The notes: generated by a model not told the origin, from the letters alone. Positions 1-13,170 are shown, numbered from the stretch's first letter. The stretch: 24,000 nt of DNA from Vibrionaceae bacterium (GCA_965224595.1 OZ245058.1:346887-370886); one strand, 5' to 3'. A program made the numbers and translations.

Positions 1-1121
1 CAGAAAAAGCAAAAATTGAACTCTCTTCTACGCAGCAAACAGATGTGAATCTTCCATACATCACTGCTGATGCAACCGGTCCTAAACACATGAACATCAA
101 AGTGACTCGCGCTAAGCTTGAGTCTCTTGTTGAAGATTTAGTAGAACGCACACTAAAACCTTTAGCTGTCGCACTGGCTGATTCTGATCTCTCTGTTGGG
201 GATATCACTGATGTTATCGTTGTTGGTGGCCAGACACGTATGCCTTTAGTTCAAGCTAAAGTTGAAGCGTTCTTCGGCAAAGCACCACGTAAAGACGTTA
301 ACCCTGATGAAGCAGTAGCAATGGGTGCTGCAGTTCAAGGTGGTGTACTTGCGGGCGACGTAACTGACGTTCTTCTTCTTGACGTAACTCCTTTGTCTCT
401 AGGTATTGAGACGATGGGTGGCGTGATGACTAAACTTGTTGAGAAAAACACAACGATTCCTACTAAAGCGAATCAAGTATTCTCAACAGCTGAAGATAAC
501 CAAAGTGCGGTAACGATTCACGTACTTCAAGGTGAGCGTAAGCAAGCATCTTTCAATAAGTCTCTTGGTCAATTCAACCTTGAAGGCATCCAAGCAGCGC
601 CACGCGGCATGGCTCAAATTGATGTTACTTTCGACCTTGATGCGGATGGTATCCTTCACGTTTCAGCGAAAGACAAAACAACAGGTAAAGAGCAGAAGAT
701 TACTATCCAAGCTTCTGGCGGCCTAAGCGATGCGGACATCGAGAAGATGGTTCAAGAAGCTGAAGCAAACAAAGAAGCAGACGCTAAATTTGAAGAGCTA
801 GTGATGGCTCGTAATCAAGCTGACCAAATGATCCACGGTACTCAAAAGCAAATTGAAGAAGCGGGTGACGCACTTCCAGCTGAAGAGAAAACAGCGATTG
901 AAGCCGCTATTACTGAGCTTGAAGAAGCGAAGAAAGGCAATGATAAAGAAGCCATTGATGCGAAAGTTCAAGCGCTTGTTACCGCGGCTCAAAAACTGAT
1001 GGAAATGGCACAGCAAAAAGCTCAAGCAGAGCAAAGTGCTGACGCTGGTGAAGAATCAAAGCAAGACGACGATGTTGTTGATGCTGAGTTTGAAGAAGTG
1101 AAAGACGAAGAGAAAAAATAA
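1..1121 (+). CDS. dnaK: Chaperone DnaK (Hsp70), C-terminal ~372 aa; the 5' end lies beyond the left edge of the window
   Basis: The frame is open from nt 3 ([29 protein letters not shown]...), upstream of the ORF-track Met at 45. The substrate-binding and lid domain sequence is typical of gamma-proteobacterial DnaK, with an acidic EEVKDEEKK tail. dnaJ follows, as in the canonical operon. Confidence 0.97.
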   Translation, partial: EKAKIELSSTQQTDVNLPYITADATGPKHMNIKVTRAKLESLVEDLVERTLKPLAVALADSDLSVGDITDVIVVGGQTRMPLVQAKVEAFFGKAPRKDVNPDEAVAMGAAVQGGVLAGDVTDVLLLDVTPLSLGIETMGGVMTKLVEKNTTIPTKANQVFSTAEDNQSAVTIHVLQGERKQASFNKSLGQFNLEGIQAAPRGMAQIDVTFDLDADGILHVSAKDKTTGKEQKITIQASGGLSDADIEKMVQEAEANKEADAKFEELVMARNQADQMIHGTQKQIEEAGDALPAEEKTAIEAAITELEEAKKGNDKEAIDAKVQALVTAAQKLMEMAQQKAQAEQSADAGEESKQDDDVVDAEFEEVKDEEKK

Positions 1122-1149
1122 GACCGTAAGTTCTTAATTTTCTTTTGGT

Positions 1150-1179
1150 ACGGGCGTTAAGGGAGACCTTTACGCCCGT
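1150..1179 (+). terminator. GC-rich hairpin after dnaK (ACGGGCGT-N14-ACGCCCGT); probable partial terminator or attenuator in the dnaK-dnaJ spacer
   Basis: Perfect 8-bp inverted repeat at 1150-1157 and 1172-1179, 29 nt after the dnaK stop. The downstream tract GCTTGTATCTT is only weakly U-rich, so read-through into dnaJ is expected. Confidence 0.45.
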
Positions 1180-1284
1180 GCTTGTATCTTAAAGTAACGA
1201 TAAGCAATCCAGATAATTGCTTGAAATTATTATTAATTTTCGATCCATCATCTGGATTGATATGAAGACTAGGTGTTTGTCATT

Positions 1285-2418
1285 ATGTCTAAACGTGATT
1301 ATTACGAAGTACTTGGTATTAGCCGTGATACTTCTGAGCGTGATATTAAAAAGGCGTATAAGCGTCTAGCGATGAAGCTTCACCCCGATCGTAATCAGGG
1401 CAATGAAGAGTCAGCTGAAAAATTCAAAGAAGTTAAAGAAGCGTACGAGATCTTAACCGATGGACAAAAGCGCGCCGCTTACGATCAGCACGGACATGCA
1501 GCCTTCGAACAAGGTAGTATGGGCGGCGGCGGTGGTCAAGGCGATTTCGGTGACATTTTTGGTGATGTTTTCGGTGACATTTTTGGCGGTGGTCGTCGTG
1601 GTGGTGGTCAACAACGCGCGCAACGTGGATCTGATTTACGTTACAACATGGAGCTTAACTTAGAAGAAGCGGTTCGTGGCTGTGAAAAAGCGATAGAAGT
1701 TCCTACTTTGGTTGGTTGTGATATTTGTCATGGCTCGGGTGCTAAGAAAGGCACTTCAGCTCAAACTTGTGGTACTTGTCATGGTCAAGGCCAAGTACAG
1801 ATGCGTCAAGGTTTCTTCGCTGTTCAGCAAGCGTGTCCAACGTGTCATGGTCGCGGCAAGATCATCAAAGAGCCGTGTGGCAGTTGTCATGGACAAGGAC
1901 GTAAGAACAAGACTAAGACATTGAATGTAAAAATCCCTTCTGGTGTCGATACTGGCGATCGCATTCGTCTATCAGGTGAAGGCGAAGCCGGAGAGTTTGG
2001 TGCTCCATCCGGTGATTTGTATGTTCAAGTACATGTTCGTGATCATAAGATATTTGAACGCGATGGCAATAACCTTTATTGCGAAGTTCCCGTCAGTTTT
2101 ACCATGTCTGCATTAGGTGGTGAAGTTGAAGTTCCAACACTTGATGGCCGAGTAAGCTTGAAAGTTCCGGCAGAAACGCAAACCGGTCGTATGTTCCGCA
2201 TGCGTGGTAAAGGCGTTAAATCTGTGCGTGGTGGTGGCGTTGGTGATTTGATCTGCAAATTAGTGGTTGAAACTCCGGTTAAGTTAAGTTCGCGTCAAAA
2301 AGATCTGTTGAAAGAGTTTGAAGATACTTGCGCGGGCAAACATGCTGAGAAGCATAAACCAAAAGCGGATGGTTTCTTTAAAGGGGTTAAGAACTTCTTT
2401 GATGATCTAACCAGCTAA
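1285..2418 (+). CDS. dnaJ: Co-chaperone DnaJ (Hsp40), 377 aa
   Basis: [12 protein letters not shown]-domain with HPD (KLHPDRN), a G/F-rich region, and four CxxCxGxG zinc-finger repeats ([32 protein letters not shown]). ATG at 1285 is preferred over the track's GTG at 1273 because it gives the conserved N-terminus, with AGGTG upstream. Confidence 0.97.
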   Translation: MSKRDYYEVLGISRDTSERDIKKAYKRLAMKLHPDRNQGNEESAEKFKEVKEAYEILTDGQKRAAYDQHGHAAFEQGSMGGGGGQGDFGDIFGDVFGDIFGGGRRGGGQQRAQRGSDLRYNMELNLEEAVRGCEKAIEVPTLVGCDICHGSGAKKGTSAQTCGTCHGQGQVQMRQGFFAVQQACPTCHGRGKIIKEPCGSCHGQGRKNKTKTLNVKIPSGVDTGDRIRLSGEGEAGEFGAPSGDLYVQVHVRDHKIFERDGNNLYCEVPVSFTMSALGGEVEVPTLDGRVSLKVPAETQTGRMFRMRGKGVKSVRGGGVGDLICKLVVETPVKLSSRQKDLLKEFEDTCAGKHAEKHKPKADGFFKGVKNFFDDLTS

Positions 2419-2444
2419 ATCGAGAATTTTCGATAATTGAACAG

Positions 2445-2478
2445 AAAAGCAAAGGCAGCGATGTCTTTGCTTTTTTTT
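2445..2478. terminator. Rho-independent terminator shared by convergent dnaJ and the PilE-like pilin gene
   Basis: AAAAGCAAAG-N10-CTTTGCTTTT stem followed by a T8 run on the plus strand. An A-run on the left side gives a U-tract for the minus-strand transcript as well. It sits between the dnaJ stop (2416-2418) and the pilin stop (2480-2482). Confidence 0.85.
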
Positions 2479-2479
2479 G

Positions 2480-2917
2480 CTACCAACAACCGTCCACACT
2501 TTCACCGCCTTGATACGCTTGGCGAACGCCTGCGGCATTAATCGATAACACGCCGCATTGATCCACATTCTGAGTTGAGCCAGCCTGTGGGGTGGCAATC
2601 AAGCGATAGCGGTTCACTCCTGATCCCATCGAGTAACTGATTCGATAACGTTCAATGTCGGACTCACAGATGCTGCAACTGTGGTCTGCAATCAACGAGA
2701 GATCATAACTGCCACTGTAATTCATCTCTAGCTGCATTTGAATAGCCATTAAATCACTCATCGCTTGAACACGATGGGCTTTTAAAATATGGCGCTGCAG
2801 TGATGGATAAGCAATAGAAGAGAGTAACCCTACTACAATCATCACGACTAACAATTCGATCAATGTCACTCCACGACAACTTTGAATGTCACTGTTTAAG
2901 CGGCTTTTATGAATCAT
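2480..2917 (-). CDS. Type IV pilin-like protein (PilE-like minor pilin), 145 aa
   Basis: Class III signal: leader MIHKSRLNSDIQSCRG, then VTLIELLVV (Gly-1, Glu+5) and a hydrophobic alpha1-N helix. C-terminal Cys pair (QCGVLS...VDGCW) typical of the pilin D-region. AGGAG lies 8 nt upstream of the ATG. Confidence 0.85.
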   Translation of the reverse strand: MIHKSRLNSDIQSCRGVTLIELLVVMIVVGLLSSIAYPSLQRHILKAHRVQAMSDLMAIQMQLEMNYSGSYDLSLIADHSCSICESDIERYRISYSMGSGVNRYRLIATPQAGSTQNVDQCGVLSINAAGVRQAYQGGESVDGCW

Positions 2918-3018
2918 GCTGGTGCTCCTGATGTTTTATCACTGATCTTTTTAGTCGGTGCTGGTTTCTTTATCCATTTTCTACAAAAATCAGACTCTCT
3001 AATAAAGGGAAATGGGAA

Positions 3019-3561
3019 ATGGTTCGCGGATTTAGCTTAATAGAGTTACTGGTTGCGGTCGTAATTGTAGGGGTGATAGCAAATGCCTCGATACCGCTGT
3101 TTGGCCAGACGATTCACCGTAATAGAACAAAAGGTTTGGTTACGGAATTAGAGTGGTTTTTAATTGCAGCCAAATCTGAAGCCATTGCTCGTAATCAGAT
3201 TTTAACGGTTCACTACGTTAGAAATGATGAAAACTACACTCACTATCAACCAGATGGAGAGTGGGTGATTGTATTGGTGACCCAACAGAGCTCAGAGGAG
3301 GTCATTGACATTGCATCTGCTCAATCAAACGCCATCACGTTGCTTAAGGGCGAAAAATTCAAAGGGATCGATTTTAAAATAGGGCACATGAGTTTTCAGC
3401 AATTTGATATTGAGCCGATTCGTGGGTCAAGCAATCGTTCAGGAAGTTATTGGATTCAAGACAGTAGTGAGCAACAAGTAAAGGTGATGATGAACTTAGG
3501 CACTGGGCGAATTCGCAGCTGTGGTTATTCGGGGAGTTATCTTGGCTATCGTCGCTGTTAA
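3019..3561 (+). CDS. fimT: FimT/GspH-family type IV minor pilin, 180 aa
   Basis: MVRG|FSLIELLVAVVIVGV prepilin motif with Glu+5. The N-terminal ...FGQTIHRNRTKGLVTELEWFLIAAKSEAIARNQ resembles the GspH/FimT domain. First gene of a four-gene overlapping pilin operon, with AAAGGGA SD upstream. Confidence 0.75.
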   Translation: MVRGFSLIELLVAVVIVGVIANASIPLFGQTIHRNRTKGLVTELEWFLIAAKSEAIARNQILTVHYVRNDENYTHYQPDGEWVIVLVTQQSSEEVIDIASAQSNAITLLKGEKFKGIDFKIGHMSFQQFDIEPIRGSSNRSGSYWIQDSSEQQVKVMMNLGTGRIRSCGYSGSYLGYRRC

Positions 3562-4186
3562 TATAACGCAGCATCAGCAGCAAGGGATGACTCTGCTTGA
3601 GGTGTTAGTCTCAGCGGCAATCACGTTAGTCACATTAGTTGGAGTGGTGTCACTCTATTTAGCGGGCACGCAGTTGGCTTTGAAGCAACACCAGCAGTTA
3701 CTGTTGGCCCACGGATTAAATGATGCGATGCAATTGATCAGTTCGGAGTTATTACGATCAGGGTATTCGTATCAATCCAGGCCATATCGGTTATCAGGTG
3801 CAGAACAGGTGATCGTTGCCGATGCTTCTGCCAGCACACCATCAATTTCAATGCTCTATCAACAGAGCGATCACCAATGGCAGGTGGCCACTTTTCGATA
3901 TAAACCGAGCATAGATGTTTTGCAGTATTGTTATAAATCGGTGGCCTTTTCTGATGATGAGGTTCCTTTTATGGAAGCCGATTGGGCGTGCAGTGCTGGC
4001 GCTGTGCGTTCATTGGTGGATCAGAGTGTAGTGAAAATTCGTGATTTTAGTTTTACTCAGACGGAGTTTGACAGGGAGGGCGGAAATTTTATTACTCTTG
4101 AACTTACGATGAAGGGCCAGTTAACGGCAGCGCCGCAATTTACTAAAACGTTGCACAACCAGCTTACCATTAGGAACTCATATTGA
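3542..4186 (+). CDS. PilW-like type IV minor pilin, about 214 aa (start uncertain: TTG 3542 preferred, GTG 3521 possible)
   Basis: ...QQQG|MTLLEVLVSAAITLV prepilin cleavage motif with Glu+5. The only in-frame ATG (3587) is the +1 Met itself, so a non-ATG start upstream is required. GGGGAG lies 6 nt before TTG 3542. The gene overlaps the fimT 3' end. Confidence 0.7.
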   Translation: MAIVAVNITQHQQQGMTLLEVLVSAAITLVTLVGVVSLYLAGTQLALKQHQQLLLAHGLNDAMQLISSELLRSGYSYQSRPYRLSGAEQVIVADASASTPSISMLYQQSDHQWQVATFRYKPSIDVLQYCYKSVAFSDDEVPFMEADWACSAGAVRSLVDQSVVKIRDFSFTQTEFDREGGNFITLELTMKGQLTAAPQFTKTLHNQLTIRNSY

Positions 4187-5433
4187 TGAGGTTTCGCGTG
4201 CAAGGGGCCGCAAGTTTATTGATAACCAGCCTATTACTGCTGTTGATTTTGGTGGTCACTCTGTCTAACTACAAACGTGTTTTTTATCAGATAAAAAGGG
4301 CACAAAATGAGGTGTGGGCCCAGCAGCAGTTTTGGTTGACAGAGTCGGCACTGGAGTGCGCTTTTTCCATTATCTCTATCATGAAAAAAATCCCAGATGA
4401 TCTTAAGCAGCAATGCCAAGCAGTGGGAATAGACGCTGATACACTAACAGTTAGCCAAAATCTGCCGACAACACTTACTGCCCAAACCAACAACAGCAAG
4501 CAAATCAGTAAACAATTACGCCTCTATAACGATCGATACGCTGGCATTATTCAGTCCCGTTCTGATTTGGTTTTTAATGGAGATTTCTCTTTTACCCCTG
4601 ATGCACGGCAGACCAATGAAGAGGGGGATTGGCTGTGTAAATTGGTGAGTTATCAAGCTAACTTGTGGTTAAACGGCCAACTGAGTAATCATAATTTGGA
4701 TAACTCAACACCGCCATATTCTGACTTTCCTGCCGATCAAACCTGTGCAGACACGCATTGGACACAAAGTGTTTTGCAATCCGATATTACCAATGATGAA
4801 AATTATGATCTTTTTATGGACCGCTTTGATGTGCCAAGATCGAAATGGAAGCAGCTCATGTATGGTGGTGAGTTCTACCAAATCCCGCAAGGCTTACCTG
4901 ATTTCGATAACGTTTTACCGCCCTCGACAGAGATAGTCGATTGCGGCAGTAAAATTGTGGCGGCTATTGAAGCGAACCATGATCTGATTTGGTTATATGG
5001 CAGCTGCGATTTGAAACAGAGTGAGTTGGATGTGGTCAGCATTGAGCTGGCTATTGAGGCTAACGCGACTATTGAGGGGATCATCATCGTGGTTCAAGAT
5101 GGACTTTTCTCTACCAACAGTGAGCAGAGCTTGCGGGCTTTGATATATCAGATAGTGACAGAGCCGAGTGCATTTACCCCGAGTGAAGCTCTATGGAGCG
5201 CAACGGAAGCGCATCAACTGAGTCCGGTGCCACTCGGCTTGGATCTGACACAACTGATCTTTTATCAGAGTAACCGTTTTTATGCCCAAGCGGGTTATGT
5301 CCTTGATGCACCCAACCTAACCGCACTGTTTTCTGCGGATATTAATGGGTTGTTTAAAGGGGATCTGATTGATGTACCTCTGAGTAAAATTAGAGACACT
5401 CGCTGGGTAATAGGATCATGGCGTGATTTCTAA
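4186..5433 (+). CDS. PilX/GspK-like large pseudopilin, 415 aa, with a non-canonical N-terminus (no Glu+5)
   Basis: MRFRVQG|AASLLITSLLLLLILVV has a pilin-like leader and hydrophobic helix, but Leu sits at +5. The TGATG stop-start overlap with the upstream gene suggests translational coupling. There are no other recognisable motifs. Position between PilW-like and PilV-like genes matches known minor-pilin operons. Confidence 0.6.
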   Translation: MRFRVQGAASLLITSLLLLLILVVTLSNYKRVFYQIKRAQNEVWAQQQFWLTESALECAFSIISIMKKIPDDLKQQCQAVGIDADTLTVSQNLPTTLTAQTNNSKQISKQLRLYNDRYAGIIQSRSDLVFNGDFSFTPDARQTNEEGDWLCKLVSYQANLWLNGQLSNHNLDNSTPPYSDFPADQTCADTHWTQSVLQSDITNDENYDLFMDRFDVPRSKWKQLMYGGEFYQIPQGLPDFDNVLPPSTEIVDCGSKIVAAIEANHDLIWLYGSCDLKQSELDVVSIELAIEANATIEGIIIVVQDGLFSTNSEQSLRALIYQIVTEPSAFTPSEALWSATEAHQLSPVPLGLDLTQLIFYQSNRFYAQAGYVLDAPNLTALFSADINGLFKGDLIDVPLSKIRDTRWVIGSWRDF

Positions 5434-5827
5434 TCGTGGGTTTAGCTTGATAGAGGTACTCGTTGCGACAACGCTGTTCATGGTCGCGTTTACGGGCTTG
5501 GTGAAGTTGCAGATCATGATGGAAAGAAACGCTGAGTTTGCGCTAAAAAGTATTGATGCACTCTACGCGGCTAAATCTCAAATGGAGAAATTTCGAGCAC
5601 ACTCAGAGCATGGTAGTCCAACGACCTTTGAGCAGATAACGTCTCAAAGTAGTCCGATAATGCTTAACGGTATGAAGCTAACGTGGAGCGTTGAAAATCA
5701 CCTAGCAGTTGACGGTATCACGCGATTAAAAAGTGTCACGATTATCGCCGCGTGGGATAACCGATGGCAACAGAGTGAGTCGGTCTCTTTGACTGGCTCA
5801 CTCTCTCGTTACAGCGGTGATTACTGA
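5423..5827 (+). CDS. PilV-like type IV minor pilin, 134 aa
   Basis: GTG start with AGGA 7 nt upstream. MISNRG|FSLIEVLVATTLFMV prepilin motif with Glu+5. Overlaps the preceding gene by 11 nt. Confidence 0.8.
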   Translation: MISNRGFSLIEVLVATTLFMVAFTGLVKLQIMMERNAEFALKSIDALYAAKSQMEKFRAHSEHGSPTTFEQITSQSSPIMLNGMKLTWSVENHLAVDGITRLKSVTIIAAWDNRWQQSESVSLTGSLSRYSGDY

Positions 5828-5831
5828 TTAT

Positions 5832-6986
5832 TTAACCGATTAAAGATAACAGCATACCCGCTGTTATGTAGATCCCTACCATCGCAATGATGGGTAATTT
5901 GATGCTTTTAAGCAGGTAGACTCCCACTATGACCAGCGCCATATCGATGCCATTTCCTACTGCACTTTGAAACACAGGCTGATAGAGCGCGGAGAGCAGT
6001 AGCCCGACAACCGCTGCATTTACTCCATTCATTGCGCCGGACAGTGCTGGAATTGCAGCCAGCTGTTGCCAATTTTTTAACACCACCAGTACCAGCAAGA
6101 ACCCAGGTAAAAATACGGCGAGTGTGGCGATAAGTGCGCCCCAAATCGGCGCACTTGGTAGCAGTTCATAACCGAGAAAGGTGGCAAAGGTGAACATGGG
6201 GCCAGGAACGGCTTGAGCTGTGGCATAACCCGTTAAAAAGGCATCTTGTGACAGTTGGTCACCAACAATGTTTTCCAGCAGTGGCAGCACTACGTGACCG
6301 CCACCAAAAACTAAACTGCCGGCTTGGAAGAAGTTTGAGAACAGCGCTATCTGCTCAGATAAGTGTGCCAATAAGGGAAGGCCGATGAGTAACCCAATAA
6401 AGATAAACAGTGGCGGCCAATTTATCTGCAACGACTTCTTTGCGGTATCTGCGGGTTGATGGTTATCTAACAGTTTATAACGTCCCACTAAAGCGGCGAA
6501 CAACAGGACTGCAATTTGAGTACTTATTGAGGGAGCAATTAACAGTGCCATCGCCGTGAATACGGCCAGCGCAGCCCCCACTTTTTGTTGGCAAAAGTTA
6601 TTGAACATGCCCCATGCTGCGTCGGCCACCACAATGACGGCTAATATTTTCAAACCGTGTACGGCACCTTGAAAAAAGCGGTTGTCGGTTAACACGGTAC
6701 TCAGAGCGGCAATCACCAACATCAGCATGACAGAGGGCAGAGTAAAGCCTAAAAATGCGGCGATAGCCCCTAAAACTCCGCCACGATGATAGCCGATAGA
6801 GAAACCGACTTGGCTTGAACCTGGGCCGGGTAGAAACTGACTAAGCGCGACAAACTGCCCATACTCTTTATCGCTTAACCATTGGTGTTTTTCGACAAAC
6901 GTGTGTCTAAAATAGCCGATATGGGCAGCGGGACCGCCAAAACTGACCCAACCGAGCATAAAGAACTTAACAAAAATATCGAGCAT
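5832..6986 (-). CDS. chrA: Chromate ion transporter (CHR family, ChrA), 384 aa
   Basis: Duplicated CHR-type halves (MLGWVSFGGPAAHIGYF... and ...GSLVFGGGHVVLPLL...) and a polytopic hydrophobic profile. The start is re-called to ATG 6986, which has AAGGG upstream. The track's 64-aa N-terminal extension to 7178 runs across the lysR start and is low-complexity. Confidence 0.85.
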   Translation of the reverse strand: MLDIFVKFFMLGWVSFGGPAAHIGYFRHTFVEKHQWLSDKEYGQFVALSQFLPGPGSSQVGFSIGYHRGGVLGAIAAFLGFTLPSVMLMLVIAALSTVLTDNRFFQGAVHGLKILAVIVVADAAWGMFNNFCQQKVGAALAVFTAMALLIAPSISTQIAVLLFAALVGRYKLLDNHQPADTAKKSLQINWPPLFIFIGLLIGLPLLAHLSEQIALFSNFFQAGSLVFGGGHVVLPLLENIVGDQLSQDAFLTGYATAQAVPGPMFTFATFLGYELLPSAPIWGALIATLAVFLPGFLLVLVVLKNWQQLAAIPALSGAMNGVNAAVVGLLLSALYQPVFQSAVGNGIDMALVIVGVYLLKSIKLPIIAMVGIYITAGMLLSLIG

Positions 6987-7049
6987 CTGAGTAACCCTTA
7001 ATAAAAAACGGATGAAAATATCTACTGCACTGAAGATAATAAAAAAGAT

Positions 7050-7070
7050 ACAATGATTCAAATTGATTGT
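7050..7070. promoter_or_regulatory. Candidate LysR-type T-N11-A box (ACAAT-N11-ATTGT) in the chrA/lysR divergent intergenic region
   Basis: Interrupted dyad read directly from the sequence, 14 bp upstream of the LysR start and 64 bp from the chrA start. This is a motif-level match only. Confidence 0.3.
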
Positions 7071-7083
7071 TTTGGTTGTGGTT

Positions 7084-8016
7084 ATGAATAAAATTAATTG
7101 GCGTGCGGTGGATCTCAATTTACTGGTGGTTTTTGACACCTTGATGACACAACGAAGTGTCTCTAAAGCGGCGGACAAACTCTCTGTTGGTCAGTCGGCG
7201 ATGAGCCACAGTTTGTCGAGATTGAGAGTGCTGCTCGGTGATCCCCTGTTTGAGCGGCAGGGTCAGCTGATGATGCCCAGTAAAAAGGCACTAGAGTTGG
7301 CACCCGTCATCACTCATATCCTCACACAGATCTCTGAGCAGGTTCTGCACTCTGCTGGTTTTGAGCCTAATGAGTACCAAGGGAAGTTAAAGATTGGTCT
7401 GACTGATTATGCAGAGCTGCTGTTTGCTCCTGCGCTGTTTGATGCGATTTTGCAACAAGCTCCTTTGAGCCAGATCTGTTTTTATAATGTGGATCGAAGC
7501 CGTTATCAACAGGCATTTATCGATTATCAACTCGACTTTATGATTGGTAGCATTGGGGAGACAACCAGCCACTTTCAACGCTCGCACCTCTATACTGAGC
7601 AGCATGTCTGCCTGTTTGATCCGGTTTCAACGGGGATTAATGTGCCTATCTCGATGAGTGATTACTTGTCGGTTCCCCATGCATTAGCCAGTCCAAACGG
7701 ACAGTTGACCAGTAGTGTCGACAGTCAGCTGGCGGAGCTGGACAAACAGCGAACGGTGAGTATCACATCACGTAATTTTTTAACCCTACGTCACTTGATA
7801 CGAGGTCGAAAGTTATTGTGCGTGGTGCCTGAATTGATGGCTAAACTGGACCTCTTCACACATGATCTCGCGTGCGATAAAGCGCCAGTAGAGGTGCCCG
7901 ATTTTGATATTGATATGCTGTGGGAGAAAAGAGATGATCAACATGTCAGAAGTCTTTGGTTGCGAGGGGTAGCGAGTGAAGCAATATTAAATGAGGTTAG
8001 CCGCTTAAAAGAGTGA
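7084..8016 (+). CDS. LysR-family transcriptional regulator, 310 aa
   Basis: N-terminal wHTH (INWRAVDLNLLVVFDTLMTQRSVSKAADKLSVGQSAMSHSLSRLR) followed by a LysR substrate-binding-type C-terminus. Divergent from chrA. ATG 7084 is preferred over the track's TTG 7063. Confidence 0.9.
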   Translation: MNKINWRAVDLNLLVVFDTLMTQRSVSKAADKLSVGQSAMSHSLSRLRVLLGDPLFERQGQLMMPSKKALELAPVITHILTQISEQVLHSAGFEPNEYQGKLKIGLTDYAELLFAPALFDAILQQAPLSQICFYNVDRSRYQQAFIDYQLDFMIGSIGETTSHFQRSHLYTEQHVCLFDPVSTGINVPISMSDYLSVPHALASPNGQLTSSVDSQLAELDKQRTVSITSRNFLTLRHLIRGRKLLCVVPELMAKLDLFTHDLACDKAPVEVPDFDIDMLWEKRDDQHVRSLWLRGVASEAILNEVSRLKE

Positions 8017-8028
8017 GGGTGTAGATAA

Positions 8029-8059
8029 CAGACAACCATCAATTTCTGATGGCTGTCTG
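8029..8059. terminator. Hairpin between convergent lysR and the permease gene; possible bidirectional terminator
   Basis: CAGACAACCATC-N7-GATGGCTGTCTG pairs at 11 of 12 positions. No clear U-tract on either side, so function is uncertain. Confidence 0.35.
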
Positions 8060-8068
8060 CTGAGTGGG

Positions 8069-13099
<5,031 letters not shown>

Positions 13100-13100
13100 G

Positions 13101-13114
13101 TGTAAACGTTTTCC
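13101..13114. promoter_or_regulatory. LacI/GalR-type operator-like site TGTAAACGTTTTCC upstream of ebgA
   Basis: Left half is identical to the perfect palindrome upstream of galT. The right half has 2 mismatches and the central CG is kept. Located 66-79 nt upstream of the ebgA start. Confidence 0.55.
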
Positions 13115-13170
13115 TTTAAGTGGATCACGTTTCGCTTTCAATTATGTGATCTAGGTTAAAAAATAGGCAT

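Noticed and set aside
1546-1586. 17-nt direct repeat TTCGGTGACATTTTTGG at 1546-1562 and 1570-1586
   Set aside because: It lies in the dnaJ G/F-rich linker ([18 protein letters not shown]). It is a coding-level repeat of the FGDIFG peptide unit, not an independent DNA element.
2918-3018. Looked for a CRP or CRP-S (TfoX-dependent) site in the divergent pilin promoter region
   Set aside because: The best candidates (TGATG-N6-CACTG around 2929-2944, and TCTGA-N6-TAGAA on the minus strand around 2980-2995) match the TGTGA/TGCGA-N6-TCACA/TCGCA consensus too poorly to call.
6987-7178. 64-aa N-terminal extension of the chrA ORF in the track (start at 7178)
   Set aside because: The extension is low-complexity and overlaps the divergent lysR start and promoter region. 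ATG 6986 has an SD and gives the conserved CHR N-terminus MLDIFVKFFMLGWVSFGGP.
13145-13160. CRP-like site TGTGA-TCTAGG-TTAAA upstream of ebgA
   Set aside because: One half is perfect and the other weak (about 7 of 10 overall), and I could not pair it with a convincing -10/-35 at class I or class II spacing. It is left as a note rather than a feature.
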